NCBI GenBank assembly: GCA_016699595.1
Contig: CP064982.1
Span: 276,563-340,562 of the forward strand
Direction: 5' to 3'
Source: a bacterium
GTDB taxonomy: Bacteria; Patescibacteriota; Dojkabacteria; GCA-016699595
Length of the DNA stretch: 64,000 nucleotides
Shown here: positions 1 through 8,494 of the stretch, piece after piece
How the letters are laid out: each line of letters starts with the position of its first letter
Position numbering within the stretch: the stretch's first letter is position 1
The notes under the pieces: model-generated
Seen by the model: the letters and a program-made list of their open reading frames with translations, nothing else
The model's database searches: none
What the model was told of the DNA's origin: nothing
Program-made: the position numbers and the translations under genes

Positions 1-1537
1 CCTTTGTGCTGTTTGGTATTTCTTTGTTGTCGATTTTTTCAATAAGGACAGATTCATGAAACTCAGTTGTATTCTCTTTGGCCTGTGCGAAATTTTCAGA
101 AAAAACTTCATTTGCATCTAGAGCTTCGACAGGTTGAGGAAAATCACTATCTTCATTATTTACCTTACGCTCTAAGTTATTAGCCAATACCTGATAAACT
201 GAATCTGTTTTTTCGTAAGCCAAACGATTTTCTGCTAATCCTAAATCAGGTTGAGTATTAGGAGAATCTTTATTTATTAAAATCCGAGGACTAGTCGTCT
301 TTGATTTATTGGGATATAGGATTTGAAACGCAGACTTGTTTGTTTGTAGAGGCAAACTGTCCCTGTCACTAATCATAGTTTTTGTTTCAAATTTACCATT
401 GACATTTCTTTCAACATCTATAAACTCGTTATCAAAGTTATTATCAAAAATACTTGTGTCTTTTTCTACAACAGGAGCATCTTGAAATTCAGTATCAAAA
501 TCAATTAGATTTTCTAAATCGTTTTCATCATCATTATTTAAACTACTTGATAAGGAAAGGTTCTCAGTTGATTGATTTGCCAAGTGTGATAAATTGTAGT
601 CTGGGTCCAATCCACCTAAATCTTCAAGAACCAAACCATAAAGTTTTCCAGATTCATAAACCCATTTAAGTTTAAATAACTTTGTAATTTCATCATTAAT
701 AAAGTCAACTTTTTCTGCTATCTTGTTGATAAACTTATCATCCAATTTTTGTTTATCTTGCCAATTTTTTGAAATAGGGATTTTCTTTATTTTTTCCTCG
801 CTATTTACCAAAATTTCCATTTCCTCTTGTTTCGAAAGAAACTTTTCCGTTACTTTTTTTTCATCTGTATCCCATATGTATTGATCTGGGATCAGTTCCT
901 TTCTATCTAACAAGGTAGACAGTCCGTATGTTGCTTCTATAGTGTATCTATCTTTAAGGTTATTTATTAATTCGAAGTTATATGCATAACCTGAAACTTC
1001 AGGTTGAACAGATTTTGTGACAAGAAAGTCGTAGTTAGTTTCAAAGAAATTTACTGCATTTTTGAACTTGAAGTATAATGCTTCTGGATCAAAATCTTGC
1101 AAGATAGACTTCGTAAGTTCTACAATAATATTGTCTGTTCCTTTGACATTATCAGCCTTCACTGTAATTTTTTGTAAATTTGTTACCTGGTTTATACTGA
1201 CTGCAGCGTCTAAAAAGCCGGAAACATCAGAGTAAGCTTTATTTAATTGTTCAAAAAAGTTGTCGTCAAAGGTATAATTAGAAATCCTTTTGACACATTC
1301 TGTCGCAAATCCTTGCAAATCTTTTGGTTGTAGCTTCGCTACATCAAACCTTTTCACAGATTCTATCCAAAATCCTTCCAAGTCGGTTTTTTGAAAAATA
1401 TGTTTAACTATTTCTTTACTTATTATGAAGCTTCCCAAAATATTAAACTCTGCTAATGCAAGAATTTCATATGACCTTGAAAGTTTGGGAAAATTCTCTT
1501 TAAATTGTGAATCTTGTATAGTATAGATATAGTTCAC
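1..1537 (-). CDS. Hypothetical acidic protein, 3' end outside the window. Open minus-strand frame from a GTG at 1537 (or an in-frame TTG near 1441) down to position 1. Product unknown.
   Basis: Reverse-complement translation of 1201-1537 is open and protein-like (…IQDSQFKENFPKLSRSYEILALAEFNILGSFIISKEIVKHIFQKTDLEGFWIESVKRFDVAKLQPKDLQGFATECVKRISNYTFDDNFFEQLNKAYSDVSGFLDAA…). An in-frame TAA lies just upstream at 1550-1552. No ORF was tabulated because no stop lies inside the window. Confidence 0.5.
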   Translation of the reverse strand, partial: MNYIYTIQDSQFKENFPKLSRSYEILALAEFNILGSFIISKEIVKHIFQKTDLEGFWIESVKRFDVAKLQPKDLQGFATECVKRISNYTFDDNFFEQLNKAYSDVSGFLDAAVSINQVTNLQKITVKADNVKGTDNIIVELTKSILQDFDPEALYFKFKNAVNFFETNYDFLVTKSVQPEVSGYAYNFELINNLKDRYTIEATYGLSTLLDRKELIPDQYIWDTDEKKVTEKFLSKQEEMEILVNSEEKIKKIPISKNWQDKQKLDDKFINKIAEKVDFINDEITKLFKLKWVYESGKLYGLVLEDLGGLDPDYNLSHLANQSTENLSLSSSLNNDDENDLENLIDFDTEFQDAPVVEKDTSIFDNNFDNEFIDVERNVNGKFETKTMISDRDSLPLQTNKSAFQILYPNKSKTTSPRILINKDSPNTQPDLGLAENRLAYEKTDSVYQVLANNLERKVNNEDSDFPQPVEALDANEVFSENFAQAKENTTEFHESVLIEKIDNKEIPNSTK

Positions 1538-1596
1538 TTTATTGCTTGATTAAGTTAATTTATAAACTTGAATTTCATTTATGTATGAGTTAAGAA

Positions 1597-2241
1597 TTAG
1601 TTACAATCACAATGACAATCATTTGTGTGATTATGGCATAAACTAAATCCAAAGATCTCATCAATTCTTTGCCAATCTAAATTCTCAATAAATTTCTCAA
1701 GATAACTTGCTCTATCAGGACCATAATCTTTGTAATATGCGTGTTCAAATACATCACAACACATTACTAATTCAGAATCCCATATTGCTCCATTATTATG
1801 AAAATCGACGGAAACATTCATCAACTTTTGAGTAAAATTATCAAATAATAATATTGCCCAACCCAAAGATGATTTTCCAGTTGCAATAAAGTCTTCCTTC
1901 CATAAATCATAACTTCCAAAGTCATCAACAATTTTGGAGTAAATTGCAAAGTCCTCGTAATTCACTTCCGTAAAATCCTCTTTGTTTCCAAAAACCTCCC
2001 AATAATTTTCATGAAGTATAATTCCAGAATGATTGAAACTAAGTCTTCTTTTGAGTTCTCCAAACTCAGAATAATTTGCATTTGATGCTGATTTGTCCGA
2101 TTTCTCAAGTTGCTCTACTATGTCATTGAATTTAGTGACATAACCTGCTTGATGCTTGTCATGATGCCACAAAACTACTTGCTCGCTTATAACATTGGAA
2201 TAGGATTTGGGTAATTTAGGTAACGGTGTTAGATTTAACAT
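1597..2241 (-). CDS. Fe/Mn-family superoxide dismutase with an unusual Cys/His-rich C-terminal tail (…CHNHTNDCHCDCN).
   Basis: Conserved SOD motifs: 'LWHHDKHQAGYV' (metal-binding His pair) and 'DVFEHAYY' (equivalent to DVWEHAYY). Fe versus Mn type cannot be decided by eye. Confidence 0.9.
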   Translation of the reverse strand: MLNLTPLPKLPKSYSNVISEQVVLWHHDKHQAGYVTKFNDIVEQLEKSDKSASNANYSEFGELKRRLSFNHSGIILHENYWEVFGNKEDFTEVNYEDFAIYSKIVDDFGSYDLWKEDFIATGKSSLGWAILLFDNFTQKLMNVSVDFHNNGAIWDSELVMCCDVFEHAYYKDYGPDRASYLEKFIENLDWQRIDEIFGFSLCHNHTNDCHCDCN

Positions 2242-2308
2242 ATTTATTTATATCAAGATAGCTAATAATTTTCAATAATTATAACACAAGTCTTTGATAT
2301 AATTTCCC

Positions 2309-4267
2309 GTGCTTTTATTTGATGAATTGAAAAAAACATTGTTGAAGCTAGAGTTTACAAAAGTGGAGAATGTATCAGATTATGCTGAATTTGAAGTAAA
2401 GGGTGATATTATAAAATTTTGGCCAAAGTTAACGGAACTTCCGTATGTAGTTTCATTTTTTGATCAAGAACTTGAATTTTGCAAAGTTATAGATGTCAAC
2501 GATGAATCTGATGACATACTTAAGCAAAAGTATCTTGAACTCCAACAAAGTAAATCTGCATTTGAACAGTTTACGAAATTGCATTCAAAAGATGCAATCT
2601 CTGCAGCGATCAATAAATTTGAGAACTGGATTGATTTTATAGTTTATTTACAACTACAAGTTGAACCTGGAGACTACTTGGTTCATGAAGATAATGGCGT
2701 GGCTGAGTATATAGGAATTACAATGAAGAGAAGTGAATTTTACTTTGAATTGAAGTATGCAGCTGAGGATAAGTTATTTGTTCATTATTCTCAAATACAT
2801 AGACTCACAAGATATTTTGGACCAGAAGGTATAAAACCTAAAGTCACGAAATTATCTGGTGGTGAGTGGAAAAGAATATTGAAAAAAGTCAAGGAAGATA
2901 CTGCGAAGTTTGCGAAGGAGCTTGTCCTTCAAGATGCACTGAGAAGCCTAACTGATGCACCAAACATTTTGACTACAACAGAATTATATACAGAGTTTTG
3001 TGACGATTTCCCATATTCTTTAACTTATGATCAGGAAAAGTCTATTCAAGACATTGAAGAAGATTTACATTCACAAAAATCTATGAATAGACTTTTAGTT
3101 GGAGATGTTGGTTTTGGGAAAACGGAAGTAGCTATGAGAGCTGCTTTTCAAGTTGTTGAATCAGGTTTTCAAATTGCAATGCTTTGTCCAACAACAATTT
3201 TAGCTGCTCAACACTACAAACTATTTTATGATCGCTTCAAAAAGTTTGGCATAAAAGTATCGATGATTTCTTCATTTCATTCTGTTAAAGAAAATTTTGA
3301 TAATATTCAAAACCTCGGAAATGGCAAAGTTGAAATAGTAATTGGCACTCACAGGCTTTTGTCAAATGATGTAAAGTTCAAAAATTTAGGATTATTGATT
3401 GTAGATGAAGAGCAAAAGTTTGGAGTTAGACAAAAAGAAAAACTAAAGTCACTAAGGTTTGGAGTTCATATTTTGTCTATGAGTGCAACTCCAATTCCTA
3501 GAACACTATCCCTAGCTTTGTCAAAGATACAAGATATTTCAATTATCTCAACACCTCCTTTAGGTAGAAAGGATATAAAGACACTTTTGTATGAACTTGA
3601 TTGGAATATCGTGAAATATGCAATAGAATTCGAATTGAAAAGAAAAGGACAACTATACTTTGTTCATAATGATATCAAAACTATATTTACGATCAAACAT
3701 AAGTTAGAAAAATTAGTACCCAAATTAAGAATAGCAGTAGCTTTTTCGGAAAACAATGTATTGCACGAGAAAGTCAATTTGAATTTAGAACAAACTATGG
3801 AAGATTTCTATAATTATAAATATGATATTTTACTTTGTTCTACTATAATTGAAAATGGGATAGATATGCCAAATGTAAATACTATCATTATCAACAATGC
3901 TCAAAACTTTGGGCTGTCTCAGCTACATCAGCTTAGAGGAAGAGTCGGAAGATCGGAAAGTCAAGCATATTGCTATCTCTTTTATAAACAAAAGCCTGAC
4001 TATAGGCAAGTTATAAAATTTCCAACGACCAAGCACCGTAAATTTAAATTTAAAAAAGATGAGGAGAATTATACAAAGCGATTAGAAGTATTAGTTGGGT
4101 CATCTTCTCTCAACTCAGGATTTATAATTGCAAGTAGAGATCTAGAGATTAGAGGGGCAGGAAATATTTTGGGTAAAGAACAATCAGGTAATATCAATTT
4201 AATTGGTTATGGAATGTATTTGAAGCTTTTAGAAGAGGAAATAGCAAAAATGAATTCTAACAAATGA
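2309..4267 (+). CDS. mfd: Transcription-repair coupling factor Mfd, short form (652 aa). Has the RNAP-interaction domain and the translocase core but lacks the N-terminal UvrB-homology module and the C-terminal D7 domain.
   Basis: 'GDVGFGKTEVAMRAAF' (motif I, essentially identical to E. coli Mfd), 'LLIVDEEQKFGV' (motif II), 'SATPIPRTL', the TRG region 'TIIENGIDMPNVNTIIINNAQNFGLSQLHQLRGRVGRS', and an RID-like 'GDYLVHEDNGVAEYIGI'. Divergent from the SOD gene, so the N-terminal truncation is not a window artefact. Confidence 0.85.
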   Translation: MLLFDELKKTLLKLEFTKVENVSDYAEFEVKGDIIKFWPKLTELPYVVSFFDQELEFCKVIDVNDESDDILKQKYLELQQSKSAFEQFTKLHSKDAISAAINKFENWIDFIVYLQLQVEPGDYLVHEDNGVAEYIGITMKRSEFYFELKYAAEDKLFVHYSQIHRLTRYFGPEGIKPKVTKLSGGEWKRILKKVKEDTAKFAKELVLQDALRSLTDAPNILTTTELYTEFCDDFPYSLTYDQEKSIQDIEEDLHSQKSMNRLLVGDVGFGKTEVAMRAAFQVVESGFQIAMLCPTTILAAQHYKLFYDRFKKFGIKVSMISSFHSVKENFDNIQNLGNGKVEIVIGTHRLLSNDVKFKNLGLLIVDEEQKFGVRQKEKLKSLRFGVHILSMSATPIPRTLSLALSKIQDISIISTPPLGRKDIKTLLYELDWNIVKYAIEFELKRKGQLYFVHNDIKTIFTIKHKLEKLVPKLRIAVAFSENNVLHEKVNLNLEQTMEDFYNYKYDILLCSTIIENGIDMPNVNTIIINNAQNFGLSQLHQLRGRVGRSESQAYCYLFYKQKPDYRQVIKFPTTKHRKFKFKKDEENYTKRLEVLVGSSSLNSGFIIASRDLEIRGAGNILGKEQSGNINLIGYGMYLKLLEEEIAKMNSNK

Positions 4268-4275
4268 TATAAAAG

Positions 4276-4665
4276 CTATTTTTTGATAAGTTTTCTAAGC
4301 CATTTTTGCATTTTTGGCTCATTATCTATTTCTTGATTATATTTCTCGAGTTCTGTGTGTAGATCAATGTATTTTATCTCTTGTGGAAATTCAACTATAT
4401 AAATTCTTGCTTCAGGATCAATTATATTGTATTTCTCAAGTACTTCAGACTGTTTCTTTTCAACCTTTGTTGCTAGTAGCAACTCGTTTTTTAGTTGAGT
4501 ATTTTTTTCTAATAATTTTGACAAATTGTTTCTTTCAGTTTGCAAAATATCGTATCTTGCAAGTCCATTTCTTATAGTGTGCAAAGTTAGATTCAGACTA
4601 TAAACAATCACTACAATTGCGAAAATAAGTACCAATATGCTTTTTATTGAGATGTTCTTATTCAA
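4276..4665 (-). CDS. FtsB/DivIC-like septum formation initiator: an N-terminal TM helix followed by a coiled coil.
   Basis: 129 aa with one N-terminal hydrophobic helix (ILVLIFAIVVIVYSL) followed by heptad-like Leu/Glu/Lys-rich sequence. The call rests on architecture only. Confidence 0.45.
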   Translation of the reverse strand: MNKNISIKSILVLIFAIVVIVYSLNLTLHTIRNGLARYDILQTERNNLSKLLEKNTQLKNELLLATKVEKKQSEVLEKYNIIDPEARIYIVEFPQEIKYIDLHTELEKYNQEIDNEPKMQKWLRKLIKK

Positions 4666-4685
4666 CTTTTAGAAAAAAATTAAAA

Positions 4686-5489
4686 CTACTCCACAGATAT
4701 TAACTTCATAATATTTTTAAGCATCTCTTCGTTTTTATATTTAATCACAATACTTCCACCTTCGGAAAATCTATTTGCCTTGATTTTACAAGTTACATTT
4801 GTTCGTTTGGATAATTGCTTTGCATATTTATTCGTTAATTCTATACCTTTAGCATTTAAAGAAACTTTACTCTTCTTATTTTGATTGATAGTTTTAACCA
4901 AGCTTTCAACCTGCCTGACTGTTAAATTTTTGGATTTAACAGTAGCAAAAGCAAGCATTCGGCTACTTTTATCTTTTATGCCGACTAAAGCTCGAGCATG
5001 TCCCTCCGATACTTGTTTTTTTAAAACAGCCATTTTGATCTCGTCTTGCAAGTCCAATAATCTAATTTTGTTTCTTATCGACGAATCAGATAAGCTAACT
5101 CTAAGCCCTAAATTGTATACATCAATGTCTCGCCCTTGAACCAATATTTTTAGTAATTCTGCTTCTTCAAATATATTTAAATCAAGTTCTTGAAGATTTT
5201 GCACAATCGCCAATTCAAGTAAATTATAATTTTCAATAGATATATCTATAGCGTCTAAAATAGAAAAACCAGCTATTTGTGCAATTTTGTATCTTTTTGC
5301 AGAAGCAATAAGTTCATACTTTTGATTAGCTATTGATTTGACTAAAAAAGGAACAGTACTATCCTTCTTTTTGATATCATAAGCATCATTTTCTAGCTCC
5401 AAGGTTGAATATTTAGGAATCTGGCCTAATTCATTTATCACAATGTCAGTTATGTTCAATTTTTGAATATATGAATCTGTATTCATCAA
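4686..5489 (-). CDS. ParB/Spo0J-like DNA-binding protein. No parA is adjacent.
   Basis: ParB N-terminal box 'ASAKRYKIAQIAGF' (compare GERRxRAAxxAG) and an HTH 'LSEGHARAL' typical of ParB/Spo0J/Noc. Confidence 0.7.
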   Translation of the reverse strand: MMNTDSYIQKLNITDIVINELGQIPKYSTLELENDAYDIKKKDSTVPFLVKSIANQKYELIASAKRYKIAQIAGFSILDAIDISIENYNLLELAIVQNLQELDLNIFEEAELLKILVQGRDIDVYNLGLRVSLSDSSIRNKIRLLDLQDEIKMAVLKKQVSEGHARALVGIKDKSSRMLAFATVKSKNLTVRQVESLVKTINQNKKSKVSLNAKGIELTNKYAKQLSKRTNVTCKIKANRFSEGGSIVIKYKNEEMLKNIMKLISVE

Positions 5490-5507
5490 CTACTTTAATA
5501 CTTTTAT

Positions 5508-5762
5508 CTATGCTATTATTAGAAGAATTAGGAAGATTACAAGCAAGACAATTACAATACTTTTCAAAAAAATCAGTAAAGTACCAGTTTTTGTTTTTAG
5601 AGATTTGTGTACAAGATATAATTGTCTTAATGAATTTAATGCAAGAAAAATATAAAACAATGATATCAATGTAACTACTACTTTTATCGCAAGAATGATT
5701 ATTTGTTCACTGTTTATGCTCATAATGTTGGTGATCTTTTTGTACTGCATCTTTGAGATCAA
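5508..5762 (-). CDS. Possible small hydrophobic protein (84 aa). Doubtful.
   Basis: ORF in an AT-rich intergenic region that overlaps the 3' end of the upstream gene by 56 nt. Extremely hydrophobic low-complexity sequence, which may be an AT-richness artefact. Confidence 0.2.
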   Translation of the reverse strand: MISKMQYKKITNIMSINSEQIIILAIKVVVTLISLFYIFLALNSLRQLYLVHKSLKTKTGTLLIFLKSIVIVLLVIFLILLIIA

Positions 5763-6327
5763 GTATTTTATCTCTCAAATATGAAGGATTAGCAATTCTC
5801 TCCATAAGAAAAAAAGATTTTTCGGATGCAGTTTGTATTCGCAAATTTCCGTAATTAAAAAGATTTGACAAAAATCCACTTTGAGTCTGAGAAACATCTT
5901 CAATATTTAGTAAGCCTGCTTCAGCTATTCGGAAAGTACCTCCAGGTGTAAAGTCATAATCAACTATTCTTTCATTTGTCACAATGTATAAATTGTAAAA
6001 CCATCTAATCCAATGCGTCACAATGTTGTCCAATATAAGTGAAAAGCCAAGAATTATAATTATTATAATATAAGGAATTGGAACCACACCTAAATAAGGA
6101 ATTTTCAACTTAGTTAAAATAAATACAATTATAGCTAGAAACATTAATTCCAAAATAGAACCAATTATCCACCCGAGATTCGTTACAAATGCTGCTCTGG
6201 ACAAGATATAAACTTGTTCATCCCTATTTTGAGATTCGAAATCGACTTTTGGGTTTTCGCAAGTAGATAAAGAATTCTTTCTCTTCGGAAAAATTCTTTT
6301 TACTTCTTCGATAGTTTCGTTGCTCAT
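5707..6327 (-). CDS. Membrane protein with a putative bacterial PH (bPH_2/YdbS-like) domain.
   Basis: Two TM helices followed by '…IVTNERIVDYDF…' and a ~100-aa soluble domain. The pattern resembles YdbS/YdbT-type bPH proteins. Weak recognition. Confidence 0.4.
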   Translation of the reverse strand: MSNETIEEVKRIFPKRKNSLSTCENPKVDFESQNRDEQVYILSRAAFVTNLGWIIGSILELMFLAIIVFILTKLKIPYLGVVPIPYIIIIIILGFSLILDNIVTHWIRWFYNLYIVTNERIVDYDFTPGGTFRIAEAGLLNIEDVSQTQSGFLSNLFNYGNLRIQTASEKSFFLMERIANPSYLRDKILDLKDAVQKDHQHYEHKQ

Positions 6328-6337
6328 AAATTTAAAA

Positions 6338-6754
6338 TTATACTTTCAATATATAATTCTGCAGTAAATAATCTTTCACTTCCTTAGGCAAGATATTTAT
6401 TTTGAAAATTTGCATCAATGGATACCATGTCGGTATATATTTGTTTTTTTTACTTTGCCTATCGTATTCAACCGAATCCTTTCGTAATTCTGGGGTACCT
6501 TCAATGTAATTGCAAAGATATATTCTGCTTATTCTTTGTGCTGCCTTTGAATTTAACTGAAACAAAAATTCAACAATCTCTACGGTGCAATTTGTTTCTT
6601 CTTTTACTTCTCTAGTAAGTGTTTCTTCAAAAGTCTCACCTTCTTCTACTGTACCTCCGGGTAAAACATAAAAAATTTTTTTGTACAAAACTCTTTTGAC
6701 AAGTAAAATTGCATTATCTTTGATTATTATTCCTCTACAACTGGTTTTAGACAT
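6338..6754 (-). CDS. NUDIX hydrolase.
   Basis: Nudix box 'GGTVEEGETFEETLTREVKEETNCTV' (GX5EX7REUXEEXGU). Confidence 0.8.
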   Translation of the reverse strand: MSKTSCRGIIIKDNAILLVKRVLYKKIFYVLPGGTVEEGETFEETLTREVKEETNCTVEIVEFLFQLNSKAAQRISRIYLCNYIEGTPELRKDSVEYDRQSKKNKYIPTWYPLMQIFKINILPKEVKDYLLQNYILKV

Positions 6755-6778
6755 TAGAAGATTATATCAAGTTCTACA

Positions 6779-8494
6779 TCAATTTTGTACTTCAACCAAT
6801 CTAAATTCCGTAGAATATAAATAAGATCTTTGACTTTCAGGATAATTTTCAAATATATAATCATTTATTTCACTTTTGAACCTCCAACCTGCTACATATT
6901 TTTTAGATTTATCGCCAATCAACCCAACTGCCCATACCCTGTTTGATCCACCAGTAAAAATTTCTATTTGTTGTAAATTTCCAATGTCAATATTGCCTAA
7001 AGTTTGAAAAATTTCTCCAATTTTTGCTTTTGTAAAGGCAATTGTGTTCCAGCTAAAATTGTAAGTTTGATTTCTATATGCAAAGGCTGAGTCATTTACT
7101 GATCTCAAATAAGGATAAGGTGTACCAACAAGTCCTTCTTTTGTTGTGGCTACTGAAGCCCTGGTGAAAACAAGCTCATTGTTCTCACTTTGTCCTTGAT
7201 GACTTGCAGAATATACAGCAGTAACTAGACCTCCATTATATTTAATAACTTCTTTACTAGTTTCCTCTACTGCCCAAGCCTTTGCATTACCTCCAACATA
7301 GACTTGAAAGTCTGGACCATTTGATACTGTTGCACCAGAGCCTACTTTTTGTAAATGTGCAATCACATAAGTCCTAGCTGCAATTACTTGAGCTTTTATA
7401 GTTTCTTTAGGCCAGCAATTCCAAGAACCATTTGCTTGATTGGCATCACATGCTGTACTTGGAACCTCCCCAATTCCTGCAAGATAAGTTTCAACATCCA
7501 TTGTCCCATATCCAGGAACGGTAACTTCAAAATTTGCATTATATTTTTCAATGCTAATTCCAGTATAGTATTTTTGTAATATTTGATGTGCTGTAAAGCC
7601 TTCGATTCCAGCCCCATAAGCTCCCCATTGTGACATACCTACTCCATGACCATCATACAAATCACGACCCCTACCACTAAAATAAATTTCACCGTTCACA
7701 AAAGTCTGTACGTCTATAGGTATTGGTGCTGGTTGAGATAATTTCTCAGCCTCTTCTTTCTGAATCCTTTTTTGTTCTTCGGTAATATTTAAAATGTCTT
7801 TGTTCAAAGAGTTTATTTGAGATATCACCTGATATCTAGTTTGACTTTGTAGGTTTAATTGTGCTTTTATATTCGCTAGCTTTACAGAGATTTCATCTCT
7901 TTTTTTATTTAGATCAACTATAGTACTCATCAACTTAGATTTAATCTCTTCAGATGAGGAAACTAAGCTTTTGATCTTGTCAATCTCAATACTTGCTTGA
8001 TTTACATAGTTAATATCAGTATATATAAGATTTTTTGTGTATTGTGAATTTGGGCTTACTTTCAAATCAAAGTATAGGGATTCTTTGGCAGTTATTTTTG
8101 ATAGTTTATAAATTTTATTTATCTTGAAATTAACTTGATTCAATTTATCTCTAATTTCATTCTCCTTATAAATTATTTCTTGATTTAAGGCATCAATTTC
8201 ACTTATCTTTGCATTAACTAAACTCTGAAATTCATTTACTTGTTTATCAATTGCGTTTAGTTCACCTTGAGTTATATTTGTAGAAGTACTTATAGTATTG
8301 ATAGCGTTGGTCAATTCATCCAAACTTGTTGATAAACTATTGAGTTCACTTTGCTTTTCGATCAATTTTGTATCTAGGTCATTTACACTTTGTGCCATTA
8401 GACTGATGGAAAAGGCAAAAAAAAGCAAAAGGATCGAAAAGTTCAGAAAAAAATATTTATACAATGTTTTGTGTAATGGGTAGTGATTTGTCAC
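6779..8494 (-). CDS. SpoIID/LytB-domain cell-wall protein with an N-terminal signal/TM segment and a long coiled coil.
   Basis: 'DLYDGHGVGMSQWGAYGAG' matches the SpoIID/LytB signature GHGVGMSQ(Y/W)GA. The N-terminal 300 aa are coiled-coil-like. The first 38 nt overlap the upstream ATPase gene. Confidence 0.75.
   Translation of the reverse strand: MTNHYPLHKTLYKYFFLNFSILLLFFAFSISLMAQSVNDLDTKLIEKQSELNSLSTSLDELTNAINTISTSTNITQGELNAIDKQVNEFQSLVNAKISEIDALNQEIIYKENEIRDKLNQVNFKINKIYKLSKITAKESLYFDLKVSPNSQYTKNLIYTDINYVNQASIEIDKIKSLVSSSEEIKSKLMSTIVDLNKKRDEISVKLANIKAQLNLQSQTRYQVISQINSLNKDILNITEEQKRIQKEEAEKLSQPAPIPIDVQTFVNGEIYFSGRGRDLYDGHGVGMSQWGAYGAGIEGFTAHQILQKYYTGISIEKYNANFEVTVPGYGTMDVETYLAGIGEVPSTACDANQANGSWNCWPKETIKAQVIAARTYVIAHLQKVGSGATVSNGPDFQVYVGGNAKAWAVEETSKEVIKYNGGLVTAVYSASHQGQSENNELVFTRASVATTKEGLVGTPYPYLRSVNDSAFAYRNQTYNFSWNTIAFTKAKIGEIFQTLGNIDIGNLQQIEIFTGGSNRVWAVGLIGDKSKKYVAGWRFKSEINDYIFENYPESQRSYLYSTEFRLVEVQN

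Noticed and set aside
454-669. 71-aa plus-strand ORF
   Set aside because: Lies entirely inside the long open minus-strand frame (1-1537). Antisense, low-complexity translation.
4314-5139. Plus-strand ORFs 4314-4577 and 4885-5139
   Set aside because: Antisense to the FtsB-like and ParB-like genes. Hydrophobic AT-rich artefacts.
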